64,000 nucleotides of DNA from an uncultured Alphaproteobacteria bacterium (GTDB lineage Bacteria; Pseudomonadota; Alphaproteobacteria; Rhizobiales; Rhodomicrobiaceae), in contig CAVUGF010000051.1 of assembly GCA_963740975.1 (NCBI GenBank), forward strand, positions 7,286 to 71,285, given 5' to 3'. The notes beneath the pieces are model-generated. The model saw only the letters and a list, made by a program, of their open reading frames with translations, did no database searches and was not told the origin of the DNA. Position 1 is the stretch's first letter. Each line of letters begins with the position of its first letter. Below, piece by piece: positions 17,480 through 28,582 of this stretch. Made by a program: the position numbers and the translations under genes.

Positions 17480-20059
17480 TCACGATTGCGCGGCAACATT
17501 CGCCGCGGTCTTCTCCAAGGCAGGGTGGCGGCGCGGCAGGGTGACGGTGACAGTCGTCCCCGCACCCGGCGTCGAGCGCAAACGGACGCGGCCATTGTGC
17601 AGTTCGACGATGCTTTTCACAAGCGAGAGGCCGAGGCCAGCGCCCCGATGGCGGGAACCCTTGCTGCGCAACTCGAAGCGCTCGAAGATGGTGGCCTGCT
17701 CCTCTTCCGGGATGCCAAGGCCGGTATCCTGGATGCTGATGGCAACGGCATTTTTCTCGCTGCGGCAGGAAAGGGTGATCGTGCTGTCCTCGGGCGAGAA
17801 GCCGATGGCGTTCGACAGGAGATTGTAAAGCACCTGAATGAGACGGTTTTCGTCAGCGATAATCGTCTCCGCTTCCTTGGCGATGTGCACATCGAGATGC
17901 ACCTTGCCCCGCGATAGCCGCTCGCGTACGCCAAGCTCCGCAGCCTCGATCACATGCTTCAGGTCGACCTGCGAAAGCTTCAGATCGAGCGCGCCCGCGT
18001 CGATAACGGCAAGGTCCAGGATGTCGTTGATGATGTTCAGCAGCGCCTGGCTTGAGGTCTTGATGTCGTTCAGGTAATCGCGCTGCCTGGCATTGAGCGG
18101 GCCGATGGCGGGCTCGGCCAGAAGGTCGGTGAAGCCGATGATGGTCGTGAGCGGCGTGCGCAACTCGTAGGAAACGTGGCTCAGGAAGGAGTTCTTGAGC
18201 CGGTCGGAGGCTTCGAGCGCTTCGTTGCGCTCCATGAGCACATCCTCGAAGCGCTTCCGGTCGGTGACATCGGCGAAGGTCACGAGCGTGCCGCCATCCG
18301 GCAGCGGCGTGACGGTATAGGCGAGATACGTCCCGTCCTTCCGCCCGATGGTGTCGAGGAACGTGTCCCGCTCCTCCGGCATGCCGGTAATGGCGTCGCG
18401 GAGGGTTTGCCAGAACTGCGCGCCTGGAGCCTGCGCTTCGATCTGGAAGATGAGCAGCTCCAGATGCGGCTCGTCCTGCATGGCCGCATCTGGCAGGCGC
18501 CAGAGGGATTGAAAGGCCGGATTGAAGAGCTGCAAGCGCCCATCCGCGCCGAACACGGCGATGCCCTCACTCAGATGGTCGAGCGTTTCGCGCTGACTCT
18601 CGATCAAGGTATGATATTGGCGCTCAAGAGATATTTTCTCTGTCACGTCGTCAAACAGGAACGTGACGCCGCCATCGCCGCGGCAATCGGTGGCGACATG
18701 CAGGGTGCGGCCATCGGGGCGGTGCCATAGCTCATCGAGCGTGCGATTGGGGTCCCAGGTGAGCACGCGGTCATCGCGCCATTTGCGGTAGTTCGCCTGC
18801 TCCGGCAGCAGCCTGCACTGGCGAAGGAGGTCGAAAAGCTCCGAGGCCGAGGGTCTCTCATGCAGCCAAACCTCGTCCAGCGCCCAGATGCGGGCAAAAG
18901 CATCGTTGCTGTAGACGAGCTTCCGGTCGGCGCCGAAGACGGCGACACCGGTCGAAACCTTGTCGAGCGTGCGGCTGTGGGCCGCCATCTGACGTTCCAG
19001 CTCGTCCTTGGCGATGGTGAGCGGCGCCACGTCGAACGCCGCTCCGCCGCTTCCCTTTTCGAGAGGAGCAGGGATCGCTTCGTAAATCTGCACGGCTCCG
19101 TTGATCACAGTCTGAAGCTTCAAACGGCCCTGTTTCCTGGCCAGGCTCATGCGGTGCAGCTCCGACCTCTGCCGCGTTTCGAAAAGCTCGATCTGTTTGG
19201 CAAGCGCTTCTTCCCTGTTCTTTGCGCCAGCCGCCGCCGCATAGGCCGAGTTGACCCAGTTTAGCGCGCTCTTGCCGTCGCGAAGCCAAATGGGCACGGG
19301 AAGGCTGTCCAGAAGCTTCTCCCGCTCGTAGACGGCCTGCTTCAAGCGCTTGTTCTCGCCGATCAGGCGCACAAGCTCCTTGTTGACGGGAGAGAACAGT
19401 CTGATGCGTAGCACGGTCTCGGCGCCGCAGACGGCGCCCGCGACTTCGACGACCTGGCCTTCGAGCGTGCTCGCGTTCGAGACGAACCCCTCGCCGCGCG
19501 TTTGCAGCCGGTGGAGGCTCCCAGCCACCCGGCCCGCATCGTCGGGATGAAGCCAGGAGGGAAAGCGCAGGAGCAACGGGAGCTTGGCGGGAACGCCGGC
19601 TGTGACGTGCAGCGTATGCAGGGCGAGGCGCGCATGGCTATCGCTCCAGATCACGCATGCTTGCGGCTCAACCGAAGCCAGCGCCCGGTAATTGTCTTCC
19701 ACGGTTCCGAGCGTGTCGAGCCGGGTTGCGTCGCGCAGCGATTGACGCGCGAAGGTGCGGACACTCTGGCGATAGACGGCGGCCAGGATTGCAAATGCCG
19801 CGGCAAAACCCGCCAGCACCGCAAACATAAGGGCCGAGTTGGCTTCCGCGAATGCGCAGGACGAGGTAAGCCAGCCCGCCGCCTTTGCCGGTGCGGCCGG
19901 CAGAGCCAGCGAGGCAATCGTGAAACCAGCCGCGAAAGCGGGCCGCAAAACGTCTCGCACAGCTTTCATCGCATTCTCTCGCTTGAGAGCCATCGCAACC
20001 CCGTCATTAGCCGAATCGAATCTTAGCGTAACGTTAATACTCTCATAGAAGCGCGGCAT
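17480..20059 (-). CDS. divL: PAS-domain pseudo-histidine kinase DivL (true start may be slightly downstream)
   Basis: H-box reads SHVSYELRTPLTTIIGF with Tyr at the phospho-His position; multiple PAS regions; HATPase N/G1/G2 boxes. Confidence 0.88.
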   Translation of the reverse strand: MPRFYESINVTLRFDSANDGVAMALKRENAMKAVRDVLRPAFAAGFTIASLALPAAPAKAAGWLTSSCAFAEANSALMFAVLAGFAAAFAILAAVYRQSVRTFARQSLRDATRLDTLGTVEDNYRALASVEPQACVIWSDSHARLALHTLHVTAGVPAKLPLLLRFPSWLHPDDAGRVAGSLHRLQTRGEGFVSNASTLEGQVVEVAGAVCGAETVLRIRLFSPVNKELVRLIGENKRLKQAVYEREKLLDSLPVPIWLRDGKSALNWVNSAYAAAAGAKNREEALAKQIELFETRQRSELHRMSLARKQGRLKLQTVINGAVQIYEAIPAPLEKGSGGAAFDVAPLTIAKDELERQMAAHSRTLDKVSTGVAVFGADRKLVYSNDAFARIWALDEVWLHERPSASELFDLLRQCRLLPEQANYRKWRDDRVLTWDPNRTLDELWHRPDGRTLHVATDCRGDGGVTFLFDDVTEKISLERQYHTLIESQRETLDHLSEGIAVFGADGRLQLFNPAFQSLWRLPDAAMQDEPHLELLIFQIEAQAPGAQFWQTLRDAITGMPEERDTFLDTIGRKDGTYLAYTVTPLPDGGTLVTFADVTDRKRFEDVLMERNEALEASDRLKNSFLSHVSYELRTPLTTIIGFTDLLAEPAIGPLNARQRDYLNDIKTSSQALLNIINDILDLAVIDAGALDLKLSQVDLKHVIEAAELGVRERLSRGKVHLDVHIAKEAETIIADENRLIQVLYNLLSNAIGFSPEDSTITLSCRSEKNAVAISIQDTGLGIPEEEQATIFERFELRSKGSRHRGAGLGLSLVKSIVELHNGRVRLRSTPGAGTTVTVTLPRRHPALEKTAANVAAQS

Positions 20060-20193
20060 TGCTCAAAGCATTCGCCGCATGCCTCGGATACGAAAATGGG
20101 AGAAATCGGCGTTGAAGCGGACGGAGCGACGTGGTGTTGTAGCCGCACTGCCGCCAACCACGCGCCAAGGCGCCCAAAATCGATGCGAAATCA

Positions 20194-21462
20194 ATGAGCA
20201 CGCGCGAAGCATCGCCTATCTGGCATCCGTTCACCCAGCACGCCCTTCAGCCGGCGATGACGAAGATCGTCCGCGCGGAGGGCGCTTGGCTCGAAGCCGC
20301 GGACGGCTCACGCATCTTCGACGGTATCTCCTCCTGGTGGGTCGTCACTCACGGACATAACTATTCGCCCATCGTACGTGCAATCCAGCAGCAGGCCGGC
20401 GTGCTCGATCAGGTGATCTTCGCGGGCTTCACGCATGAGCCGGCGGAGGAGGTTGCCCGCCGCCTGATCGAAATCGCGCCTGCCGGGCTTGCCCATGTGT
20501 TCTTCTCCGATAGCGGCTCGACCTCCGTCGAGGTGGCGCTCAAGATGGCGCTTGGCTATTTCCGCCACCGGGGGGAGCCGCGCTCGCGCATCGTGGCGCT
20601 GGAGCACGCCTATCACGGCGACACCATAGGCACCATGTCGGCGGGCCAGCGCGGCGTGTTCAACGCGCCCTATCAGCCGCTGCTATTCGATGTGGAGCGC
20701 CTGCCGTTTCCGGAGCGGGGCCGCGAGCAGCGCACCCTCGATGCCTTCGAGGCCATCTGCAAAAAGGAGCCGCCGGCCGCGCTTCTCCTTGAGCCGCTCA
20801 TTCTTGGCGCCGGGGGCATGCTGGTTCATGTGCCTGACGTTCTCGCCGGGCTGAAACGTATCTGCGAGGCGCATGGCGCGCTCTTTATCGCCGATGAGGT
20901 GATGACCGGCTTCGGGCGGACGGGCACGCTGTTCGCCTGTGAGCAAGCGGGCGTTTCGCCGGATATCATGTGCCTTGCCAAGGGCCTGACGGGCGGCGTG
21001 ATCCCGCTTGCCGTAACGCTTTGCAAGCGCGAGATTTTCGAGGCGCATTGGTCGCCCGACCGCTCGCGCATGTTCTTCCATTCAAGCTCCTACACCGCGA
21101 ACCCGATCGCCTGCGCCGCCGCCGCTGCCAATCTCGAAGTCTGGGCACGCGAGCCGGTCCGCGAACGCATCGCCGCGCTGGCATTGGCGCAGGCCGCGTG
21201 TCTTGAGCCGTTCAAGTCCGATGAGCGCTTTTCGAACGTGCGTCAGGCCGGTACCATCGCCGCGCTTGATCTTAATGTTGTAGATGCGGGGTATCTCGCC
21301 GGCATCGCGACGAAGCTTTACAATTTTTTCGCAGAAAAAGGCCTGCTACTGCGTCCCTTGGGCAACACAATCTACGTGATGCCGCCCTACTGCACCACGC
21401 CGGACGAGCTTGAGGCGGTTTACGCCGCCATCGCCGAGGCGGCGGACCTCACAAACAAATAG
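20194..21462 (+). CDS. bioA: Adenosylmethionine-8-amino-7-oxononanoate aminotransferase
   Basis: [59 protein letters not shown]. Confidence 0.95.
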   Translation: MSTREASPIWHPFTQHALQPAMTKIVRAEGAWLEAADGSRIFDGISSWWVVTHGHNYSPIVRAIQQQAGVLDQVIFAGFTHEPAEEVARRLIEIAPAGLAHVFFSDSGSTSVEVALKMALGYFRHRGEPRSRIVALEHAYHGDTIGTMSAGQRGVFNAPYQPLLFDVERLPFPERGREQRTLDAFEAICKKEPPAALLLEPLILGAGGMLVHVPDVLAGLKRICEAHGALFIADEVMTGFGRTGTLFACEQAGVSPDIMCLAKGLTGGVIPLAVTLCKREIFEAHWSPDRSRMFFHSSSYTANPIACAAAAANLEVWAREPVRERIAALALAQAACLEPFKSDERFSNVRQAGTIAALDLNVVDAGYLAGIATKLYNFFAEKGLLLRPLGNTIYVMPPYCTTPDELEAVYAAIAEAADLTNK

Positions 21463-21518
21463 GGCCGCCCCAAGGGCAGCCCCACAATATTCGCGAAATG
21501 CCAGCAATTCCGCCCGCG

Positions 21519-21959
21519 CTAAACCTCGTGCCAGCTCCCGTCGGATTCTTTGCAAGCCCGGCCGACCATCGTCTCGGGGCTGCCATTGACGAAGACGGTC
21601 TGCGAGAACTCGCGGCACTTCTTCTCGTGATGGTAATAGACAGGCCGCGGCTCGATATAGCCGTAATGGCCGTTGGGGCTGCGCCAATCCGAGCGCTTGC
21701 CGCCTTCGAACGCCGTCATCTGAGCTTCATAGGCGCGGCGGCGGTCTTCGTCGTCCATCGACTTGCCGATGCGGTTACCGACGAAGCCGCCAACCAGCGC
21801 ACCGGCAATAACGCCGCCGGGGCTGCCGTGCGACATCGCACTCCCCAGAAGCGCGCCGGTAGACGCGCCAATCAGCGTTCCAGATTCTTCCTTCGTCGCG
21901 CAGCCCGCCGCGAGGACGGTTAGCGCGAGTGAGACAAAGAGCAATCCTAGTTTCTTCAT
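21519..21959 (-). CDS. Glycine-zipper surface lipoprotein (RT0821/Lpp0805, 17-kDa antigen-like)
   Basis: Lipobox LAAGC; GTLIGASTGALLG; CREFSQTV; GRAC...DGSW. Confidence 0.88.
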   Translation of the reverse strand: MKKLGLLFVSLALTVLAAGCATKEESGTLIGASTGALLGSAMSHGSPGGVIAGALVGGFVGNRIGKSMDDEDRRRAYEAQMTAFEGGKRSDWRSPNGHYGYIEPRPVYYHHEKKCREFSQTVFVNGSPETMVGRACKESDGSWHEV

Positions 21960-22109
21960 ATCCCTCGTAGCGCGCGAATCGCACGCCCTCCCAGCCAGAA
22001 CATGAGCACAGGTAGGCAACGCATTCCGGCAATTTTGCGTCAGGCCTGATCCGCGGAGGCAGTTTCGGCGGCGTCATCGCAAGACGGCCACAGGCTGCTA
22101 TGACGGCAA

Positions 22110-23492
22110 TCAGGCTGCCGGCAGTGTCAGGCAGGCTCGCAAGCCCCCGCTCGCAGCCTCTTCCAGTTTGAGCGTGCCCCGGTAAAGATGCGATAGCTCG
22201 GCGACGATGGAAAGGCCAAGGCCGGAGCCGGGAACTTTCTCATCAAGCCGGCGTCCGCGCTTCACGGCCTCGCGGCGAAGCTCTGCGGGAAGCCCAGGCC
22301 CGTCGTCCTCGATGATGAGCCGGAAGGTCCGCGCCGCCGCGGCACCGGCAGTTTGGGGCGCCTCCACCTTTATCGTGACGCTGGACCGTGCCCATTTGCA
22401 GGCGTTGTCCAAAAGGTTTCCGGCCATCTCGTCGAAGTCCTGCTTCTCGCCGAAAAACTTCACTCCGGCAGGACAATCGATTTCCAAATTTATCGCGCGA
22501 TCCTTGTAAATTTTTGTCAGCGCCCGCAAGAGCGCCGTGAGCCCGGATTCCAGGTCGGTCACGCCGCTGATCGGCCGGATTTGCGCGGCGATGCGTGCCC
22601 GGTCGAGATGATGGGAAATCTGCTGGCGCATTAGCTGGGCCTGCTGGGCGACCTTTTGGGCAAATTCCGTATTCTGGGAGGCCGCCTCGTTGATGATCAC
22701 GCTCAATGGCGTTTTGAGCGCATGGGCGAGGTTGCCCACATGCGTGCGGGCACGCTCCACCACGCTCCAGTTCGCCTTGATGAGCGCGTTAAGCTCCTCC
22801 TGAAGCGGCAGGATTTCGTCGGGCGGATTTCCCTCAAGCAGCGTCTCTTCGCCCGACCGGATCGCGGCAAGGCTGTTGCCGATGTCCTTGAGCGGGCTCA
22901 GCCCGAAGCGGACCTGGAAAAAGGTTGCCAGCAAAAGGCCGGCGCCGAGAAGCCCCAGCGTCAGCACAATCGTATCGGTGAGATAGCGGATTTCCGCGTC
23001 GAGCGCCGTGGTGTCGAAGGCGACGGACAGGGAGAATATGCGGCTCTCGTTTTCCTGGCCGAAATCGATGTCCCGCTCAAGAACACGAAGGATCTGGCCG
23101 TCCGGGCCGTCGGCATAGGCTTGCCGGATGTGCTTCTGGTCTGGCTTGATACCAAGCTCGCTCGGGGTCTTGTAGGTTTCGTCGGCAAGCGACTCGGATT
23201 TGAACGACACATCGTTTCTCTGATCCGCCGGCCGGATTTGCCAGTAGGCGCCCGACAGGGGCCTCAAGAACTGCGGCTCGCCGAGGTCCGCTGGGTGCCT
23301 GATGTCGAGCGTGGCCTGCGGCGCCGTTTTCGCGATCAGCACCTCCAGCAAATGATTGAGCCGGTCGTCGAAGCTGTCCTCGATGAAGTCGCGGCAAAGC
23401 GAGATCAGAATGGCCGCTGTGACGGAGAGGATCATCAACGTCCACGCCGCCGACGAGATCACCAGGCGAAGCGCGAGAGAATTGCCTCTCAT
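22110..23492 (-). CDS. Sensor histidine kinase (FeuQ/PhoQ-like)
   Basis: Two TM helices; GNLAHALKTPL; GNLLDNACKWA; DDGPG; GSGLGL. Confidence 0.92.
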   Translation of the reverse strand: MRGNSLALRLVISSAAWTLMILSVTAAILISLCRDFIEDSFDDRLNHLLEVLIAKTAPQATLDIRHPADLGEPQFLRPLSGAYWQIRPADQRNDVSFKSESLADETYKTPSELGIKPDQKHIRQAYADGPDGQILRVLERDIDFGQENESRIFSLSVAFDTTALDAEIRYLTDTIVLTLGLLGAGLLLATFFQVRFGLSPLKDIGNSLAAIRSGEETLLEGNPPDEILPLQEELNALIKANWSVVERARTHVGNLAHALKTPLSVIINEAASQNTEFAQKVAQQAQLMRQQISHHLDRARIAAQIRPISGVTDLESGLTALLRALTKIYKDRAINLEIDCPAGVKFFGEKQDFDEMAGNLLDNACKWARSSVTIKVEAPQTAGAAAARTFRLIIEDDGPGLPAELRREAVKRGRRLDEKVPGSGLGLSIVAELSHLYRGTLKLEEAASGGLRACLTLPAA

Positions 23493-24181
23493 GAGCCCCT
23501 CTTATCGCCTCCATTCCCGTCCTTGGCGAAAGAAACGCAATAGCCGAGCCCGCGCACGGTATGGATGAGATCGGCGGGGATCTTGCGCCTGAGGCGCCCG
23601 ATGAAGACCTCGATGGTGTTCGAATCGCGTTCGAAGTCCTGCTGGTAGAGATGGTCGACGAGTTCCGAGCGCGAGACGACCCGCGACTGGTGGTGCATGA
23701 GGTAGGAAAGCAGCCGGAATTCGAGGCCGGTCACCTTGATGGGCGAGCCGTCGAACGTCACCCGTGCGGTGCGTGTATCCAGATGCAGGGGGCCGCATTC
23801 AAGCTCGGCCTTGGCGAAACCCGCGCTGCGCCGCAAGAGCGCCCGCACCCGCGCGATGATTTCCTCCATCTGGAACGGCTTGGCGACATAATCGTCGGCG
23901 CCGGCGTTGATGCCCGCAACCTTTTCGCTCCAGCGGTCGCGCGCGGTGAGGATAAGAACGGGGGTGCGGATGTCCACCCTGCGCCAGCGCTCAAGAATGC
24001 TCAGGCCGTCGATTTTCGGCAGGCCTAAGTCGAGGATGATCGTATCGTAAGGCTCGGTCTCGCCGAAATGCGCACCTTCCTCCCCGTCGAAGGCGGCGTC
24101 CACGGCATATCCAGCCTCGCTCAGTGCGCCAACAAGCTGGCGGTTCAAATCCCGATCGTCTTCGATAACCAAAAGGCGCAT
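23489..24181 (-). CDS. OmpR-family response regulator (FeuP-like)
   Basis: MRLLVIEDD, LDLGLP, GADDYVAKPF, SNTIEVFIGRLRRK, TVRGLGY. Confidence 0.93.
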   Translation of the reverse strand: MRLLVIEDDRDLNRQLVGALSEAGYAVDAAFDGEEGAHFGETEPYDTIILDLGLPKIDGLSILERWRRVDIRTPVLILTARDRWSEKVAGINAGADDYVAKPFQMEEIIARVRALLRRSAGFAKAELECGPLHLDTRTARVTFDGSPIKVTGLEFRLLSYLMHHQSRVVSRSELVDHLYQQDFERDSNTIEVFIGRLRRKIPADLIHTVRGLGYCVSFAKDGNGGDKRGS

Positions 24182-24195
24182 GCGGCCAATCTTCG

Positions 24196-24459
24196 CTAGC
24201 GGGCGGGCACCCGGACGATCCGGACCTTACCAACCGATTGTAGTATCGTGATCTGGAAATAATGGTCGTTTCCGGCCGTGCAAAGCGAGAACCTCAGAAT
24301 TTTACCGTCCTTGAGCCAGGGCCGGAGTTCGTTCTCTAGCTGCTGGTGGGTTTTGTAGCTGCCCTTCCGCCACTCGTGAGTGCAGGAATCCTTTGCGAGC
24401 GCGAAGCCGCTGCCCGACGCGCCGACCCATATCGAAAGAGCCGCACAGATATATTTCAT
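24196..24459 (-). CDS. Small exported two-Cys protein upstream of the two-component pair (PepSY/FeuN-like position)
   Basis: Signal peptide; operon position; LC......YFQITIL...GKV pattern. Confidence 0.6.
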   Translation of the reverse strand: MKYICAALSIWVGASGSGFALAKDSCTHEWRKGSYKTHQQLENELRPWLKDGKILRFSLCTAGNDHYFQITILQSVGKVRIVRVPAR

Positions 24460-24563
24460 AGCCCGTTCTGCATCGCGAACCGTTATAGGCGCGGCTCCCT
24501 GAATTGGCAATGAACGGCCACGCCCGGTGGACCCCGTGTCCCAAGCTGCGGGACTTACGGTGC

Positions 24564-24971
24564 CTAGTCTTTCAAAGCAAGAAACTCAGGTTTGCCCGCC
24601 AGGCGCAATCCGAGTGCGAAGGTGCGGTCCGCGCCCGCTACCGGTTCAAATCGCGCCACCGTGAACAGCGCTTGCAAGAGGCCGGCGCCCGGAATCTCGA
24701 TGCGCCAATCGGCCGCGAGCTGCGCGGCGAAGCAGGCTTGCAGGACGTTCGCGATATCGCCGCCGTCCAGGAAGCAAAGGCCTGCGGTATTCGCTGCCAG
24801 GGAATAGACGGCAGCTTCCAGCAGCTCCGGATCGGCAGGGGTATCCTCCAGGTCTCGCAACGCGGCTGCCAATGCGGGGCTTGGGACGTGCATTCTCCCT
24901 ACAGGGGTGAAGGCTCCCGAGGCCGGGATATCCGCGGCAAGGACGAGATCGCTTGTCAGCCGGGGAATCAT
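24564..24971 (-). CDS. Hypothetical protein resembling a divergent GTA/phage major tail-tube protein
   Basis: 135 aa; DLVL..D...SG.F at the N-terminus and W.I.IP..G.....F.V at the C-terminal half recall the RcGTA-type tail-tube pattern. Confidence 0.5.
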   Translation of the reverse strand: MIPRLTSDLVLAADIPASGAFTPVGRMHVPSPALAAALRDLEDTPADPELLEAAVYSLAANTAGLCFLDGGDIANVLQACFAAQLAADWRIEIPGAGLLQALFTVARFEPVAGADRTFALGLRLAGKPEFLALKD

Positions 24972-25144
24972 GCGGCATCCGTCCCCGGTCTTGCATGCAG
25001 GGGCAGGCGCGGAGCTTCCGCCGGGCGCAGGTCAGCGGGCCGCACGTCGATTGGGGCGCGAAAAACTGCCGGCACAGCTCCCTCTTCGGTCAAGACCTTC
25101 CGCAGGCGAGGACTAGACCTCAATTCGGGCGCTGGCAACGGGTC

Positions 25145-25678
25145 CTAACGCCGCTTCCGGCGCTTTATCCAGCCGGTGATATGGGACGGAATCCGGTGCT
25201 CCGGCACTTTTTTCTCGCTGATTACTGCGCCGCGGACGGAAATGCCCGCTTCATGCACGGTCTCTGGCGATCCGGAAACGAGAGGGTGCCACCATTTAAG
25301 GCTGCGGCCCTCTTCGATCAGCCGGTAGGCGCAAGTTTCGGGAAGCCAAGGCAAGCTACGCACATCTTGGGGCGTGAGCTTGACGCAATCGCCGACATAA
25401 GCCTGCCGGTTTTCGTAATTGGAGCAGCGGCAGGAGCCGATGTCGAGCAGCTTGCAGGCAAGCCGGGTAACGGCAATGTCTCCGGTATCCTCGTCCTCAA
25501 GCTTGATGAGGCAGCATTGGCCGCAGCGGTCGCAGAGGGACTCCCATTCCGCCGCGGTCATTTCAGCGAGGCAACCGGTCTCCCAGAAGGGGGGGGCCGT
25601 GGAAGGGACGGACGAATTCTCTGGAACCGGATCGCCGTCCTGCCATTTTAACTGTTTCGCTGGATCGTTTCTTGGCAT
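25145..25678 (-). CDS. ycgN: YcgN (UPF0260) cysteine-cluster protein
   Basis: [41 protein letters not shown]. Confidence 0.92.
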   Translation of the reverse strand: MPRNDPAKQLKWQDGDPVPENSSVPSTAPPFWETGCLAEMTAAEWESLCDRCGQCCLIKLEDEDTGDIAVTRLACKLLDIGSCRCSNYENRQAYVGDCVKLTPQDVRSLPWLPETCAYRLIEEGRSLKWWHPLVSGSPETVHEAGISVRGAVISEKKVPEHRIPSHITGWIKRRKRR

Positions 25679-25690
25679 AGTACCGGCAAA

Positions 25691-27940
25691 TTGCGCTCAA
25701 GTAGCCCAGAGGGCGATAGCGCGAACAGGTTAGCTCAACGGAGGCGGCGAAGACTCGTGCGGGACTGGATTTTCAAGCCAAACCGGCGCAACCGCTACAT
25801 CAACTGGCTAGCGCTCAATTCGTGGATCAATTCCACCCTTTACAGCCTTTATGCCAGATTTAAAGACTGGTGGGCAAACTACAACAATTTCTTTGCCGGC
25901 TTCCGCGTGACCGGCTTCAGGCGCCTTGCTGTCGAATTCCTTTCGGAGGCAGCCACCATCGGCACGGGCGGGCTCCTCGTCGTGCTTATCTTCGAGATCC
26001 CTGCGATCGACCTGACCAAGAACCCGAACTGGCGCACGGGCAGCGAGTTCAGCGTGACCTTCCTCGACCGCTACGGCAACGAGATCGGCAAGCGAGGCAT
26101 ACAGTTCTCCGATAGCGTGCCGCTTGAGGAAATTCCGGACACGCTGATCAAGGCGGCACTGGCCACCGAGGACAGGCGCTTCTTCGAACATTTCGGCGTC
26201 GACATGTACGGCACGGCGCGCGCGATCATTGAGGATGCGCGGGCGCACGGCGCCGTTCAAGGCGGTAGCTCGATCACGCAGCAACTCGCCAAAAACCTTT
26301 TCCTGAGTTCGGAGCGCTCGATGGCGCGCAAAATCAAGGAAGTGTACCTGGCGATATGGCTTGAGGCGCATCTCACCAAGCGCGAAATCCTGAAGCTCTA
26401 TCTCGACCGCGCCTATCTGGGCGGCGGCAATTTCGGCGTGGAGGCCGCGTCGCAGTTCTATTTCGGCAAGTCGGTGCGGGACATCAACCTGGCCGAATTG
26501 GCGATCCTTGCAGGCCTGTTCAAAGCGCCTACGAAGTACGCGCCGCACTCCAACCCCGCGGAGTCGCGCGCACGGACAAATACGGTCCTCAGCAACCTGG
26601 TCGATGCCGGGTTTATGACCGAGGGGCAAGTGCACAGTGCGCGCCTGAACCCCGCGAAGATCATAGACCACGAGGAGGATTACGCGCCGAACTATTTCCT
26701 CGACTGGGCATTCGAGGAGGTGCAACGCCTCATGAGGGGTAAGGGCGAGTTCGTGCTCACCGCGCGGACGACCGTCGACATTCCATTGCAGAAGGTTGCC
26801 GAGAAGGCGATCGAGACCCAACTCGACACGCAAGGGCGCAGCGCAAGGGCGAGCCAGGCCGCGCTCGTGTCCATGGACACCGACGGTGCGGTCCGCGCGA
26901 TGGTGGGTGGACGGGATTACGGCGACAGTCAGTTCAACCGCGCCGCTCATGGTGCACGGCAGCCGGGCTCGTCGTTCAAGCCGTATGTTTATCTGACGGC
27001 CATCGAAAACGGGGTGAAACCCACCAAGGTGGTATCAGATACGGCGCCCACCTGCGGAAACTGGTCGCCCGTGAACTATGGCGGCGGCGTCAGCGGCCGG
27101 TCGATGACGCTTTACGATGCGCTCAAGCAATCGGTGAACACCATCGCGGTGAAGCTTTCGCTCGATGTCGGCCGCGACAAGGTGCTTGAGGTCGCCCACA
27201 GGATCGGGCTCACAGCGGTCAGGAAAACCTGCTCGATGGCGCTGGGCGATACGGGCATCGCGCCGCTCGATCATGTGGGAGGGTACGCCGTTTTTGCCAA
27301 TGGCGGCATGGCCGTAAAGCCTTACGCGATACTGGAGTTGAGGAACACGCACGACGAGGTGGTCTACAGCCGCGAGCGCGACGAGCCGCCGCCTGCCCGC
27401 ATCTTCAAGCGCGAGGATATCGAAACCCTTAATTCCATGCTCCTGAAGGTTGTGGAAGAGGGGACGGGCATGGCCGCGAAGCTCGATTTCACCTATGCTT
27501 GCGGCAAGACCGGCACGACCTCAGGCCCCAAGGACGTATGGTTCATGGGGTTCACAGGGCAGTATGTGACCGGCGTCTGGTTCGGCAACGACGACTATAG
27601 CGACATGGCTGGGGGCACGACGGGCGGCCATTTGTCGGCGCCAGTTTGGCGTCAATATATGGTGGCGGCGCATACGAGCATGGATATTCCGCAAATTCCG
27701 GGGGTGCCGCTGCATCCGCGCCAGATCGAGGAGCGCCAGCGGCTGGCCGAAATCCGCCGCGACGACCCGAACGCCGGCTCCGGCTCCAGTGCGGGGGACC
27801 CGTCGAAACGGCTGCCTGCCCGCCTCCGCAAAATGCTGACCTCGCTCTCCAAGCTTCTGAAGGAGGCGCCGAAGCTCAAGGGGCAAGAAGGCCAGGAAAA
27901 GGGCGCCTCGCTGGACAAACCGCCCGTGCGGACGCAATAA
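25691..27940 (+). CDS. Class A penicillin-binding protein (PBP1A family)
   Basis: [22 protein letters not shown]; transpeptidase motifs SSFK, SVN, KTG. Confidence 0.95.
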   Translation: MRSSSPEGDSANRLAQRRRRRLVRDWIFKPNRRNRYINWLALNSWINSTLYSLYARFKDWWANYNNFFAGFRVTGFRRLAVEFLSEAATIGTGGLLVVLIFEIPAIDLTKNPNWRTGSEFSVTFLDRYGNEIGKRGIQFSDSVPLEEIPDTLIKAALATEDRRFFEHFGVDMYGTARAIIEDARAHGAVQGGSSITQQLAKNLFLSSERSMARKIKEVYLAIWLEAHLTKREILKLYLDRAYLGGGNFGVEAASQFYFGKSVRDINLAELAILAGLFKAPTKYAPHSNPAESRARTNTVLSNLVDAGFMTEGQVHSARLNPAKIIDHEEDYAPNYFLDWAFEEVQRLMRGKGEFVLTARTTVDIPLQKVAEKAIETQLDTQGRSARASQAALVSMDTDGAVRAMVGGRDYGDSQFNRAAHGARQPGSSFKPYVYLTAIENGVKPTKVVSDTAPTCGNWSPVNYGGGVSGRSMTLYDALKQSVNTIAVKLSLDVGRDKVLEVAHRIGLTAVRKTCSMALGDTGIAPLDHVGGYAVFANGGMAVKPYAILELRNTHDEVVYSRERDEPPPARIFKREDIETLNSMLLKVVEEGTGMAAKLDFTYACGKTGTTSGPKDVWFMGFTGQYVTGVWFGNDDYSDMAGGTTGGHLSAPVWRQYMVAAHTSMDIPQIPGVPLHPRQIEERQRLAEIRRDDPNAGSGSSAGDPSKRLPARLRKMLTSLSKLLKEAPKLKGQEGQEKGASLDKPPVRTQ

Positions 27941-28003
27941 GGTGCTGCGCGGAAGGCCGATGAGCGCCGAATTCTTCGACGGAATTTGCAGGTTCTTGAT
28001 CGC

Positions 28004-28582
28004 ATGCCCTTTTTGAGCCGGTTTTTCATTTTTGCCGCGATTGCGCTGCTGCTGGGCCTCGGCTCGGCCTGGCGCACGGTGAACCACGGCTTCTCCGCCA
28101 CGGCCGCGCGCTATGGGCCGTGGGCATTCTGGTTCCGCGAGGGCACGGCCGACGCCGATCCCTATACGGCCGCGCATGTCGCCCGGCAGGGCTCGCTGCC
28201 GGTGACCGCCGCCAGCGCCATGGTCTTCACCGCAACGCGGGACAGCGCGGGCTCCCAGCTCTCCGGCGACTGCACCTACGAGATCCGCGGTGCCGCGGTT
28301 CCGTCCCTGTGGTGGGACATCGCCGCCTTCACATCGGATGGCGAGATCATGCCGAACAAGACGGGGCGGGCGGGGTTCTCCAGCGCCAATATACTGGCCG
28401 CACCCGATGGCCGCTTCACCGTGCGCCTGTCGCCCGACGTACAGCCGGGCAACTGGATCCCGGCCCAGCGCGGAACCCGCGTCACACTTAAACTCAGCAT
28501 CCTGCGGCCCTTCAACCCCGACGCCTTGCGGAAAAACGGCAGCGAAATCCTCCCCGAAATCTCGCTCGTGGAGTGCTCATGA
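28004..28582 (+). CDS. DUF1214-like protein
   Basis: ADPYTAA, DSAGSQLSGDCTY, PGNWIP; typical position after this PBP. Confidence 0.75.
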   Translation: MPFLSRFFIFAAIALLLGLGSAWRTVNHGFSATAARYGPWAFWFREGTADADPYTAAHVARQGSLPVTAASAMVFTATRDSAGSQLSGDCTYEIRGAAVPSLWWDIAAFTSDGEIMPNKTGRAGFSSANILAAPDGRFTVRLSPDVQPGNWIPAQRGTRVTLKLSILRPFNPDALRKNGSEILPEISLVECS

